DNA of 41,934 nt from a virus (taxonomy: Duplodnaviria > Caudoviricetes): positions 1 to 41,934 of the IMG/VR virus record IMGVR_UViG_3300005326_000076. One strand, given 5' to 3'. Below are positions 1 to 9,561 of the stretch, in pieces (positions within the stretch are counted from its first letter, which is position 1; the number at the start of each line of letters is the position of its first letter). The position numbers and the translations under genes were made by a program. The notes under the pieces were generated by a model, which made no database searches, was not told the DNA's origin, and worked only from the letters and a program-made list of their open reading frames with translations.

Positions 1-8
1 ATGTAAAC
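1..8. repeat. 8-bp terminal direct repeat ATGTAAAC (left copy)
   Basis: Positions 1-8 are identical to 41927-41934. Either a circular-assembly overlap or a cohesive-end remnant next to terS. Confidence 0.75.
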
Positions 9-61
9 CATGCCCTCCAGCCAAACACGTGCAATCAACGAAAAACAAAGGGGACGGTTTG

Positions 62-511
62 ATGCCGAAGACAAGCACGCCTTTAGCACTAATTAAGGGA
101 AATTCTAGCTCTGCGCTACGTTCTAAGCGTAAAAACGCGGTACGGGTTGAAGCTGAGCCGCCTATATGCCCAACGGAGCTGTCGGAACGCGCTAAAGTCG
201 AATGGAGATACATTACACCATTGCTTGCGGCGAATGGATTACTGACAAAGCTAGATCGTGCGGTGGTGGCTGAATATTGCGAAGCATACGCATTGTTTAT
301 CAAGATGGTTGAGGTTTTAGCGGATAAAGACGAAGTAACGTTTGAGACTGGGAGCGGATACGCTCAACAACGACCAGAGATCGGGATAATGCACAAAGCG
401 GCTGAAAGAATGATGAAAGCGGGGGATAAGTTGGGACTATCACCGTCCGCGAGATCGGCAATAAATGTGAACGGTGGTGGTAGCACCGATGGAGAAGATT
501 TACTCGATTGA
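62..511 (+). CDS. terS: Terminase small subunit, P27 family
   Basis: Motifs PxxLSxxAKxEW, LLTxLDxAxxxxYC and LGLSPSARS are typical of P27-family TerS. It lies directly before terL. ATG at 62 follows an AAAGGGG RBS-like sequence (the ORF track extends to GTG 29). Confidence 0.9.
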   Translation: MPKTSTPLALIKGNSSSALRSKRKNAVRVEAEPPICPTELSERAKVEWRYITPLLAANGLLTKLDRAVVAEYCEAYALFIKMVEVLADKDEVTFETGSGYAQQRPEIGIMHKAAERMMKAGDKLGLSPSARSAINVNGGGSTDGEDLLD

Positions 512-3164
512 CGAAGCAAGGGTTGATCGAGTTGTGCGGTTTATCGCAAACCTACGGCACACAAAGGGACGCTGGAAAGGCACACCGTTTGTATTGCTCG
601 ACTGGGAGAAGAAAATCATCCGCGATGTGTTCGGGACGGTAGACCAAGACGGAATCAGAAAGTATCGAACTGTTTATATCGAGATTCCCAAGAAGAACGG
701 TAAGGCACTGGCACTCGATACGCCGATTCCGACACCTGACGGATGGAAACTCATGCAAGACATTCATGTTGGTGATGTTGTTTTCGACAATAACGGAAAA
801 CAATGCACAGTGCTGAATGAAACCGATATTATGTACGGACGCAAGTGCTATCGCGTAAAGTTTTCGGATGGCGCGGAGATCGTAGCGGATGCGGAACATA
901 TATGGGTGACAAACGCATGGGTTGATCGACCGAACCGAAAAGAAAGCACAACCGTAAATAGCGGGGAACGCCGTTACAACGGATCAATCAGGCGAGAAAG
1001 AACAACCGAAGAAATCAAACAGACGTTAAAGGCAAGCGGAAATATTAACAACCATTCCGTGAACCTTTGCGGAGCGATTGAAACACAAGAAGCAGACCTG
1101 TTAATACCGCCTTATGTTCTCGGCGCGTGGTTGGGTGATGGAGATAGCGATGCTGCTAGAATCACATGCCACGAAGATGATACAGAGATAATCAGGAACA
1201 TTGAATCTTACGGGATTCCGACTAGAGAACAATCAAAGAGCGGAACAACTGGAAGATTCGCACTTTCAAATGGTAGCAGAAAGCAAGAAGATCGCGATAA
1301 TTCTTTGCAAGTAAAATTGCGGACGTTAAACTTGTTAAAAAACAAGCATATCCCGCAAGAATATCTAAGGGCATCGATAAAGCAGAGAATAGAACTGTTG
1401 CGCGGACTTATGGACACGGACGGATACGTTTCAAAAGCTGGTCAGTGCGAATACACGACGATTAGCACTAGCATTCGTGATGGCGTTGTTGAATTACTCC
1501 ACTCGCTTGGTTATAAGCCTGTAGTTAAAGAGGCAATTTCAAAATGCAATGGAAAAGACTGCGGGAGTAAATACAGAATCATATTTACAGCGTATTCCGA
1601 TAGCCCATGTTTCAGCCTTACGCGCAAAGCGGAGCGGTTGAAGGAAAAAACAAAGAACACACGCGCAACCGTTCGTCATATTGTAGCGGTTGAGGAAACA
1701 GAAAGCGTTCCGGTAAAGTGTATTGAGGTAAGCAGCGAGGATCACCAGTATCTGTGCGGAACTCACATGATACCGACGCACAACTCGCCTTTCGCATCCG
1801 CACTCGCAGCATATCTTCTAAGCGCAGACGGAGAGCCGTCACCAGAAGTTTACTCTTGCGCAGTGGATAAGACGCAAGCGGGAATCGTTTACAAATACGT
1901 GTTCGGAATGACGAACCAGTTCCCCGCATTGAAAAAGAAGCTGCGGTACACGGACAGTCAAAAGCTAATCCGCAACATGTCGAATGATGGCGAGTTTGTA
2001 TCTGTATCGGCAGACGTGCCAAATAAACACGGCATCACGCCGAGTGCGATCATCTTTGATGAGCTACACGCGCAACCGTCCAGAGAGTTTCACGACGTTA
2101 TGACTTCGGGCGTATTCGCCGCAAGAGAGCAACCGTTATTGATTTACATCACTACGGCGGGAAATGATCCAGACAGAACGTCGATTTGCTGGGAAATTCG
2201 TCAAAGAGCGCTACGAGTGTTGAACGGCGAGAGCAATGAGAACGATTTTTATGCTTGTATTTACGGTTTAGGCGAGGATAGGGACTGGGTAGAGCAAGAT
2301 TACTGGAAGAATGAAGAAAACTGGTATAAAGCAAACCCATCACTCGGTCAAACGATAAAGATTGAGGATATGAGAGCCGATTTCAACAAAACAATCGGCA
2401 ATCCAACAAATGAGGAACTGTTCAAGCAGTTTCGACTCAATATCTGGACGGTGCAGCGTAGAACTACGTGGTTGCCGCTGCAAATTTGGGACAAGGGCGA
2501 TATTGCGTTTGATATTGCCAAGCTCAAAGGGAAAAAGTGCTATGGCGGGTTAGACATCGCGTCTACGATGGATTTATCCGCGTTTGTGCTACTTTTTCCA
2601 GAAGCGGGCGACGATAATAGAGATATAGTCCTTCCGTTTTTCTGGATTCCAGAAGAAAACATGTTTGAGCGAATCAAAAACGACCATGTTCCATATGGCG
2701 AATGGGTCAAAGAGGGGCTAATTACTGCAACGCCGGGCAATATTATTGACCAAGATTACATCGAAAAGCAGATAATCGCCCTCTCAAAACAGTATCAGAT
2801 TGAGGAAATCGGGTACGACAGGCACGATACAACGATGCTAGTAACGCATTTATTGAATGCAGGATTGACGATGGTTGGCGTAAATCAGTCGATTGGACAG
2901 CTTTCTTCGGCAATTAAGGCAACGGAAATTGCAATTATGGAGGAAAAGCTCCAACACGGCGGGAATAAGATACTTAGATGGAACTTCCGTAACATCGTCG
3001 TGTATCGGGATGTCAATGAGAACATCAAGTTAAACAAAGTTGGAGATGCACACCGTATCGACGGTATCGACGCGCTAGTAGACGCGGAACACCGCAAACT
3101 TGCGAACTGGAAAACGGGCAAGGGCGTGTACTATGGTGGAATTTCAAGTATTGAGGTTGAATGA
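489..3164 (+). CDS. terL: Terminase large subunit (intein-containing)
   Basis: Walker A IPKKNGK/S is split by an intein. Walker B IIFDELH, ITTAG coupling motif, KANPSLG, and nuclease motifs GGLDIASTMDL and RIDGIDA. Likely ATG at 489 (ORF track starts at 474). Confidence 0.95.
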   Translation: MEKIYSIDEARVDRVVRFIANLRHTKGRWKGTPFVLLDWEKKIIRDVFGTVDQDGIRKYRTVYIEIPKKNGKALALDTPIPTPDGWKLMQDIHVGDVVFDNNGKQCTVLNETDIMYGRKCYRVKFSDGAEIVADAEHIWVTNAWVDRPNRKESTTVNSGERRYNGSIRRERTTEEIKQTLKASGNINNHSVNLCGAIETQEADLLIPPYVLGAWLGDGDSDAARITCHEDDTEIIRNIESYGIPTREQSKSGTTGRFALSNGSRKQEDRDNSLQVKLRTLNLLKNKHIPQEYLRASIKQRIELLRGLMDTDGYVSKAGQCEYTTISTSIRDGVVELLHSLGYKPVVKEAISKCNGKDCGSKYRIIFTAYSDSPCFSLTRKAERLKEKTKNTRATVRHIVAVEETESVPVKCIEVSSEDHQYLCGTHMIPTHNSPFASALAAYLLSADGEPSPEVYSCAVDKTQAGIVYKYVFGMTNQFPALKKKLRYTDSQKLIRNMSNDGEFVSVSADVPNKHGITPSAIIFDELHAQPSREFHDVMTSGVFAAREQPLLIYITTAGNDPDRTSICWEIRQRALRVLNGESNENDFYACIYGLGEDRDWVEQDYWKNEENWYKANPSLGQTIKIEDMRADFNKTIGNPTNEELFKQFRLNIWTVQRRTTWLPLQIWDKGDIAFDIAKLKGKKCYGGLDIASTMDLSAFVLLFPEAGDDNRDIVLPFFWIPEENMFERIKNDHVPYGEWVKEGLITATPGNIIDQDYIEKQIIALSKQYQIEEIGYDRHDTTMLVTHLLNAGLTMVGVNQSIGQLSSAIKATEIAIMEEKLQHGGNKILRWNFRNIVVYRDVNENIKLNKVGDAHRIDGIDALVDAEHRKLANWKTGKGVYYGGISSIEVE
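705..1784 (+). mobile_element. Intein (360 aa) with LAGLIDADG homing endonuclease, Ala1/class 3-type
   Basis: Begins ALALDTPIPTPDGW after KKNGK and ends IPTHN before Ser+1. Block B ADAEHIW, block F VKCIEV. Endonuclease motifs LGAWLGDG and LLRGLMDTDG. Confidence 0.93.
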
Positions 3165-5146
3165 TGAAAATACCGTTCTTTAATCGGGAAAAACGCTCTG
3201 CGGCAAACTATATCTCGCAATGGCTGTATGGGTTAGACGTTTCCGACTTTGAAATCTCCGCTGATGAAGCTGTGCAGATCGCTACGGCGTTCCGTTGCAT
3301 CGTTCTGCTTGCGGAAAACACCGCGTCTATGCCTCTGCCCGTCTACGAGGACGCACAAGGCGGCAGAATCAAGCGCAGGGACTTGCCCGTATATAACGTT
3401 CTAAACCATCAGGCAAACCCGTACGTGACCGCTATGGACTTTCGATCCGCTATGATGTGGCAAGCGTGTCTGTACGGTACGGGGTACGCGGAGATCGTGC
3501 GCAGCAAAATGGGCGAACCCGTTGAGTTGTGGATCATTCCGTCTCACCGAGTGCGTCCTGTTGTCGGGATGGATGTCAAGTTTGAGATCACAATGCCCGA
3601 TAATTCAAAACAGACTTGGGCGCAGGATAGAATCTTTCGTGTAAACTGGATGACAGACACGGGCATCACTGGAATCAGGCCGCTTAATCTATTCAAGAAA
3701 GTTTTTGAAATCGCGGTAAACACGGACACTTACGCAAACTCGTATTTTAAGAACGGCGGTGCGCCGAGTGGCGTTTTAGAGCACAACGTAAAAGATCCCG
3801 AAATGCAGAAGCAGATGAAAGCTGATTTCAAGTCGGCTTACACTGGCAAGCCGGGGGCGCATCGTTTAATTTTTCTTGAAGAGGGCATGAAGTACATCCC
3901 CATATCGATCCCGCCGAATCAAGGGCAGATGATCGAGAGCCGGAAGTTTAACGTTATCGAAGTTTGCCGAATCTTCAACGTGCAACCGCACAAAGTGTTT
4001 GAGATGGAAAACACCATCAAGAGCAACATCGAGCAATCTTCGCAGGACTTCATCACGACCACTCTTTTACCGTGGGCGGTCAGATGGCAACAGTCAGTCT
4101 ATCGTGACTTGATTACGAAAGACCAGAAGAAAAAGCTATACGCCGAGATGATGTTTGATTCCCTGTTGAGGGGTGACATCGAGACAAGATACAAGGCCTA
4201 CGCGACTGGTAGAATGTGGGGTTGGTTATCCGCTAACGATGTGCGACTGAAAGAAAACGAAAGCACGATTGATGGCGGCGACAACTACCTAACCCCGATG
4301 AACATGTTTGATAGTCGGGAGCTGACCAACTACTCCGAGAAACTTGCAGAACCTACGGTTAAAACCGAAAGCAAATCGGAAGTCAGGACAGAAACCAGAG
4401 CGTCAAGAGATAAGATACAGCGTAAGCAAGCACAAGCTAGGGCAAAACTCGCAAGCCGCAACCGTCCAGTGTTTGCAAGCGCGGGAGCGCGAATCGCAAA
4501 GCGTCAGGCAAACGAAGTCAAGAAAGCGGCGAAGAAGTTTTTGCCAGACGGTCAGACGCGACAGTTTCTCGAATGGGTAGATGACTACTTCGGTAAAGCG
4601 CCAGATTGGATTCAGCGTGACATCAAAGCCGAGGCGTTGAGCCTTGCGAACGCAATCAGCGACCTTGCCGCGTCACAGGTTGATGGGGAAACGTTGCCAG
4701 ATGAAGATGTTCGCACGATGATCGATGATTACTCGTTAAACTTCGGAACGCGCACGGCAGAAAGCAAGAAAGCGCAGTTAAACAAGATCGTCGAAGAAAA
4801 CATTAACTCGGAAGAGCTGCAAGCGGTAATTGAAGAACGTGCAACCGAGTGGGAAGAAAAAGACGGCGATAAGATATCCGCAAACGAAACTGTTTTCATC
4901 GCGTCAATGGTTGCGAGAGCGTTGTTTCGACATAACGGATACACGAAACTGAAATTCATCAACACAAGCGGTAAGTCGTGTCCGTTCTGCTCTCAATTGG
5001 ACGGTCAGATAGTCGGAATTTCCGAACCACTGATAGCAGAGGGCGAGAGCATCACCGCATCGGACGGTAGCGGCATGAAAATCTATGGTGCGAAAATGCA
5101 TACGCCAATTCATCAGGGTTGCCAGTGCGACATAGTACCAGAATAA
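3161..5146 (+). CDS. HK97-family portal protein fused to a C-terminal MuF/SPP1 gp7-like head morphogenesis domain
   Basis: The first ~385 aa carry portal motifs (FKNGGAPSG, EVCRIFNV, LLRGD, GWLSANDVR). The C-terminus has CPFCSQLDGQ...PIHQGCQC, typical of MuF. Confidence 0.85.
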   Translation: MMKIPFFNREKRSAANYISQWLYGLDVSDFEISADEAVQIATAFRCIVLLAENTASMPLPVYEDAQGGRIKRRDLPVYNVLNHQANPYVTAMDFRSAMMWQACLYGTGYAEIVRSKMGEPVELWIIPSHRVRPVVGMDVKFEITMPDNSKQTWAQDRIFRVNWMTDTGITGIRPLNLFKKVFEIAVNTDTYANSYFKNGGAPSGVLEHNVKDPEMQKQMKADFKSAYTGKPGAHRLIFLEEGMKYIPISIPPNQGQMIESRKFNVIEVCRIFNVQPHKVFEMENTIKSNIEQSSQDFITTTLLPWAVRWQQSVYRDLITKDQKKKLYAEMMFDSLLRGDIETRYKAYATGRMWGWLSANDVRLKENESTIDGGDNYLTPMNMFDSRELTNYSEKLAEPTVKTESKSEVRTETRASRDKIQRKQAQARAKLASRNRPVFASAGARIAKRQANEVKKAAKKFLPDGQTRQFLEWVDDYFGKAPDWIQRDIKAEALSLANAISDLAASQVDGETLPDEDVRTMIDDYSLNFGTRTAESKKAQLNKIVEENINSEELQAVIEERATEWEEKDGDKISANETVFIASMVARALFRHNGYTKLKFINTSGKSCPFCSQLDGQIVGISEPLIAEGESITASDGSGMKIYGAKMHTPIHQGCQCDIVPE

Positions 5147-5155
5147 GGAGCTAAC

Positions 5156-5758
5156 ATGAAAGAGACTAGAACACTCGATACAAACTTTGAAGTTAGGGAA
5201 GATGGAGAGCATCCCGTCATTGAGGGATATGCGTCAACTTACGAAACGTGGTATAACTGCGGTTGGTATCAAGAGCGAATCGCAAAAGGTGCATTTGATA
5301 AGTGCGTTACGACGAGCGATGTCAGAGCGTTGATTAATCACGATCCGAATCTGATTATCGGGAGAAACACGGCAAACACACTTATGCTGCGAACCGATGA
5401 ACATGGGCTTGGATATATTATTGATCCGCCGGATACGTCTTATGCGAAAGACTTGCTTGTCAGTATGAAGCGCAAAGACATTACGCAATCGAGCTTTGCG
5501 TTTACGGTTGATCCGAGCGGCGAACAATGGGAAATGGATTCTAACGGGGCGTATAAGCGCACAATCAAAGAGGTTTCGTATCTCTATGATGTTTCTCCCG
5601 TGACGTATCCTGCAAACGCTGACACGAACGTCTACGCGAGATCGAAAGACGAGATCGACGCACAGCTCAAAAATCCGGACGTTGATAAAATAATTCGCGC
5701 AAGAGCCGAGCAGGAACAGCTCGAAAATGAATTAATGGTTGACGGGATCAGCCTTTAA
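5156..5758 (+). CDS. HK97-family prohead protease
   Basis: IEGYA, ALINHD, SSFAF and LYDVSPVTYPA motifs; sits between portal and capsid; AAGGAG RBS. Confidence 0.93.
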   Translation: MKETRTLDTNFEVREDGEHPVIEGYASTYETWYNCGWYQERIAKGAFDKCVTTSDVRALINHDPNLIIGRNTANTLMLRTDEHGLGYIIDPPDTSYAKDLLVSMKRKDITQSSFAFTVDPSGEQWEMDSNGAYKRTIKEVSYLYDVSPVTYPANADTNVYARSKDEIDAQLKNPDVDKIIRARAEQEQLENELMVDGISL

Positions 5759-5808
5759 GAAGATACGGGTTATCTAAACACACACAGAACAAGAGAGGAT
5801 TTTTCAAA

Positions 5809-7050
5809 ATGAACTACACTGAACAGCTCCGTCAGGCAGTTGCCGAGCGTCGTAAATATCTCGACGCGGGCGATATGGAAAAGTATGAGAGCCTGAAAGT
5901 CACTATTGACGAACTCCGCGCAAAGGTCGAAGCGGAAAAGGAACAGAGCGAGATTGAATCCGCTTTCACCGATCCGGCAACCAAGCGCGCGTTCGTTGGA
6001 ACGCCCGAACCCGAAAAAGCCGAAAAGCGCTTTAGCACGCTTGGCGAACAGCTCACCTCGATCAAGCGGCATCAGGACGGCAACATCGACAATCGGCTTA
6101 TCGAAGCCCGTGCGTCTGGCATGAATGAAACCATCGGTTCCGAGGGCGGTTTCCTCGTTCAGAGCGACTTCTCTAACGAACTCTGGAAGAGAATGTATGA
6201 AACTGGCGCGCTGTACTCCCGTACTCGTCGTGTGGGCGTTAAGGGCGACGGTATCACCATTCCGACCATCGACGAGACTTCCCGCGCGAACGGCTCTCGC
6301 TGGGGCGGCGTTCAGGCGTACTGGGCATCCGAAGCTGGCACCGTTGCGGCAAGCAAGCCGAAGTTTGGGCAGCTCGAACTGCGCCTCAAGAAGCTCATGG
6401 CGCTCTCCTACGCGACTGACGAACTGCTTGCAGATTCCGCTGCACTCGAAGCAATCGTTGCGGACGCGTTCAATGAGGAAATGGGCTTCAAGGTTGACGA
6501 TGGCATCTTCAACGGAACCGGTGCGGGTCAGATGCTTGGTATTCTGAACTCCGACGCGCTTGTCACTGTCAACAAAGAAGCGAATCAGGTTGCGGCGACC
6601 ATTCTCACGGAGAACATCATCAAGATGTGGTCGCGCATGTATGGTAAGAGCCGCGCAAACGCTGTATGGTTCATCAATCAGGACATTGAGCCGCAACTGT
6701 TCACCATGAGCCTTGCGGTTGGCACTGGCGGCGTTCCGGTCTACATGCCCGCGAATGGGCTTGCTGGTTCCCCGTACGGCACTCTCATGGGTCGTCCTGT
6801 TATCCCCGTGGAACAGTGCGCGACGCTTGGCACGGTTGGCGATATCATGCTTGTTGACCTTAGCCAGTATATGACCATCGACAAGGGCGGCGTTAAGGGC
6901 GACAGCTCCATGCATGTTCGTTTCCTGTATGATGAGATGGCGTATCGGTTCATTACCCGCATTGACGGTCAGCCGCTTTGGAAGTCGGCTCTCACGCCGT
7001 TCAAGGGCAGCAACACGCAGTCGCCGTTTGTGGCGCTGCAAACCCGATAA
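5809..7050 (+). CDS. Major capsid protein, HK97 fold
   Basis: N-terminal coiled-coil (delta-like) region, GGFLV, WASEAG, DELLADS, TLMGRPV and RIDGQP motifs. Strong codon bias of a highly expressed gene. Confidence 0.93.
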   Translation: MNYTEQLRQAVAERRKYLDAGDMEKYESLKVTIDELRAKVEAEKEQSEIESAFTDPATKRAFVGTPEPEKAEKRFSTLGEQLTSIKRHQDGNIDNRLIEARASGMNETIGSEGGFLVQSDFSNELWKRMYETGALYSRTRRVGVKGDGITIPTIDETSRANGSRWGGVQAYWASEAGTVAASKPKFGQLELRLKKLMALSYATDELLADSAALEAIVADAFNEEMGFKVDDGIFNGTGAGQMLGILNSDALVTVNKEANQVAATILTENIIKMWSRMYGKSRANAVWFINQDIEPQLFTMSLAVGTGGVPVYMPANGLAGSPYGTLMGRPVIPVEQCATLGTVGDIMLVDLSQYMTIDKGGVKGDSSMHVRFLYDEMAYRFITRIDGQPLWKSALTPFKGSNTQSPFVALQTR

Positions 7051-7065
7051 GGGAGGAAGTAGAAA

Positions 7066-7545
7066 ATGAAGCATCTCATTGAGAACTATAAACTGGTGCA
7101 GCTTTCTGCGCCTGTCACCTCCAACGGTGGTTTCACTTCGGACTACGTTTCGCTGAAAAACTGCAACATGGCGTATGTCGTTGTGAACGCTAATCAGGCG
7201 GTTGGTCATGCAACGGCGTTTGAAGTGTATCAGGCGACGTCGGTTGCGGCTGGTGGTGCAAAAGCGATTGCGAACGCTGTTCCGATTTGGAGCAACGCGG
7301 ACGTTGCGGCAACTGATACGTTGGTTGCGCAGACTGCGGCGGTTTCTTTCACGGTTGCGGCTGATGTGAAGAAAAAGCAGTTCGTTTTCCAGATCGATCC
7401 GTCGCTGCTCGACGTTGCAAACGGTTTCGACTGTATTGCAATCGTTGTGGCAAACAGCGGTCAGGCGACAAACTTTGTCTCCATCGACGCATGGCTTGAC
7501 GCGCGGTATCAGGGCAATCAGCCTCCCGCCGCGATCACTGACTAA
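7066..7545 (+). CDS. Probable virion structural / capsid decoration protein
   Basis: Immediately after the capsid gene, strong GGGAGG RBS, same codon bias, Ala/Val-rich and beta-like. Confidence 0.6.
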   Translation: MKHLIENYKLVQLSAPVTSNGGFTSDYVSLKNCNMAYVVVNANQAVGHATAFEVYQATSVAAGGAKAIANAVPIWSNADVAATDTLVAQTAAVSFTVAADVKKKQFVFQIDPSLLDVANGFDCIAIVVANSGQATNFVSIDAWLDARYQGNQPPAAITD

Positions 7546-7556
7546 TTAGGACAACT

Positions 7557-7598
7557 GCGGGGAGGGTCACTCCTCCCCGCGTAGCGGAACCACCGCTA
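7557..7598 (+). other. Tandem intergenic hairpins
   Basis: GCGGGGAGG-gtcact-CCTCCCCGC (7557-7580) followed by TAGCGG-aacca-CCGCTA (7582-7598). No U-tract. Confidence 0.6.
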
Positions 7599-7618
7599 TG
7601 AACTGAAAGGAGTATGGA

Positions 7619-8203
7619 ATGCCTCTTACGAAGATTAAATCCAAATGGGAATCTGACGGCAGCTTGAGTTTCAGCGATGGAACGAACGAGCTTGCTAAAT
7701 TTGACGCTACTACGGGAAAACTTGTGGCGGCATCTGGTGTTACTGGTAATGTTACGGGCAACGTAACGGGCGCGGTTCTGACATCTGGCGGTGACGGCGT
7801 TGTGTATGCAACTGCACCGCTTACGCGGGTTGCAGCGGCAACCGCACAGGCAACGGCGATTGTTGTTCCTGCTGGCTCTGTGATTGAAGCGGTTTACATC
7901 GACGTTGCAACGCAAGAAGCAACGGGCGCGAATAAGACTGTTGATATCGGCATCTCTGGCGGCGATGAGGACGGTTTCCTCGACGGCGTGTCCGTTGCTG
8001 CGGCTGGTACTATCAAGGGAACGCTCGTTAACACGGGGCAGACGCTTGGCTCTCTCTTGTCTGTTGACGAGAGCGGCGCGGGTGTGCTCGTGCCGGAACC
8101 GTACGTATGTGCGGCGGCAACGACTATCTGTTACACGCTCAAGAGCAACGACTTTGCAGAGCTTGTGGGACGTGTCGTGGTCAAGTATAGCAAGATCGGC
8201 TAA
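7619..8203 (+). CDS. Probable head fibre/decoration protein
   Basis: In the head module with AAGGAG RBS; GNVT x2 repeat (VTGNVTGNVTG) resembles fibre shafts; Gly/Ala/Val-rich. Confidence 0.55.
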   Translation: MPLTKIKSKWESDGSLSFSDGTNELAKFDATTGKLVAASGVTGNVTGNVTGAVLTSGGDGVVYATAPLTRVAAATAQATAIVVPAGSVIEAVYIDVATQEATGANKTVDIGISGGDEDGFLDGVSVAAAGTIKGTLVNTGQTLGSLLSVDESGAGVLVPEPYVCAAATTICYTLKSNDFAELVGRVVVKYSKIG

Positions 8204-8210
8204 ACGAAAT

Positions 8211-8233
8211 AAGGGGAGAGCAATCTCCCCTTT
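8211..8233 (+). terminator. Probable weak intrinsic terminator / stabilising hairpin
   Basis: AAGGGGAGA-GCAA-TCTCCCCTT with a short T tail after the capsid gene cluster. Confidence 0.6.
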
Positions 8234-8242
8234 GGGGGAACT

Positions 8243-8440
8243 ATGAGAATCAGATTAATTCAAGCCGTTGACGATCCCGAAATTAAACGGGGAAACGGCG
8301 AAGTGCTAGAGGTTGAGGATGTCAAGGCAAACGCTCTAATCAGGGCGGGAATTGCAATTCCGCATATCGAGACAACGACATTAGAAATTCCGCGAACTCA
8401 TTACAAGGGAAAAGGCAAAATCGAAACGCCGGAGGGATGA
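8243..8440 (+). CDS. Small hypothetical head-region protein
   Basis: 65-aa ORF with GGGGGA RBS that fills the gap before the connector gene. Confidence 0.6.
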   Translation: MRIRLIQAVDDPEIKRGNGEVLEVEDVKANALIRAGIAIPHIETTTLEIPRTHYKGKGKIETPEG

Positions 8441-8443
8441 TAA

Positions 8444-9085
8444 GTGGCTATAAGAGTTATTGCGAGTGCGCGCGCGCTGGTCACGCTTACAGAAGCAGAA
8501 GTATCTATATCCGGCTCTGACATCGCGATAACGACAAGTGACCAGATGAAGGACAATATCCAGCGCACGATTAACTATGTCTCCGAACTGTTTGAAACTA
8601 GACTAGGACGCAAGTTAATCAAGAAGAACATCACTGAGTATTGGAACGGTGGATTTAATCACAAGTTCACAAAATACTCTCCTGTTTGGGCATACAAGAC
8701 GAGCGGAAACAAGGTTCTGATTCACGACAACGAATACGACTTTGTAACGGGTGACATTGAATTCACGGTCACGAACATGGACGATAACACGGTTTTGTCA
8801 ACGGATGATTACGGCATCGATCCAGACACGGGCGAGTTTATGTGTGATTACACGCTTGCATTCGATTATCGTCTGTGGAAGGTGCAATACACAACTGGTT
8901 ACTGGGTAAGTTCCGCGACTGTTTCCGAACTCTGGAAAGAGCAAGCACTGACCGCAATTCGCTATCTGTACGACAAAAACATCAGCGTGTTTTCGCGCGA
9001 GGGAGAATCAATCCCGAACTATCCGAAGAATCTCCCGCACAGCGTCGAACAATTTCTGAACGAGCAAAGGTGCGTGAGAGCGTGA
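8444..9085 (+). CDS. Head-tail adaptor (gp6/phiE125 gp8-like)
   Basis: LVTLTEA N-terminus, E..LGRKLI, VQYTTGY, AIRYLYD and LPHSVEQFL; position after the capsid genes. Confidence 0.7.
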   Translation: MAIRVIASARALVTLTEAEVSISGSDIAITTSDQMKDNIQRTINYVSELFETRLGRKLIKKNITEYWNGGFNHKFTKYSPVWAYKTSGNKVLIHDNEYDFVTGDIEFTVTNMDDNTVLSTDDYGIDPDTGEFMCDYTLAFDYRLWKVQYTTGYWVSSATVSELWKEQALTAIRYLYDKNISVFSREGESIPNYPKNLPHSVEQFLNEQRCVRA

Positions 9086-9561
9086 GCGTAACGTACAAGT
9101 GGCAACCAGCCGACTACGAAAAGCGGATGGAACGTCACTGGAAACACCTCAAAGAGCCTGTTGGCGATGTTATGAAGCAAGGCATGCAAATGACGGCTAA
9201 CGAGGCGGCGGGTAACATGAAGAACTACATGGGCACAGGACGCGCTAGCGTGGCGCAGGGCGGCTCACACTCGCTAACACAGCAATACGGTTCAACGGGT
9301 TTCAAAGTCGGCTCTTATTCGATCTCCGCAAACATAATGGAGTTTGGACGCGCTCCGAACAAACGAATGCCGCCGCCAGATTCAATCGCTTCATGGTTAG
9401 GGTCGAGCGATGACGCATTTGTTATTGCAAGGGCTATTGGAAAATCGGGCATCAAGAAAACGCAACCGATTCTGAAAGCAAAGCAGACAATGTTTGACAA
9501 AGTGAATGACATGGTAGCGGCGGCGATGGAGAAAGTACTAGATAGATTGGGGTTGAAGTGA
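9082..9561 (+). CDS. HK97 gp10-like neck/tail completion protein
   Basis: ANIMEFGRAPNKRMPP and IARAIGKSG motifs. GTG start overlaps the previous stop (ORF track starts at 8875). Confidence 0.65.
   Translation: MSVTYKWQPADYEKRMERHWKHLKEPVGDVMKQGMQMTANEAAGNMKNYMGTGRASVAQGGSHSLTQQYGSTGFKVGSYSISANIMEFGRAPNKRMPPPDSIASWLGSSDDAFVIARAIGKSGIKKTQPILKAKQTMFDKVNDMVAAAMEKVLDRLGLK

Noticed and set aside
5770-7209. 479-aa antisense ORF over the capsid gene
   Set aside because: Shadow frame produced by the strong codon bias of the capsid gene; no recognisable motifs. The same applies to the other minus-strand ORFs in the track.
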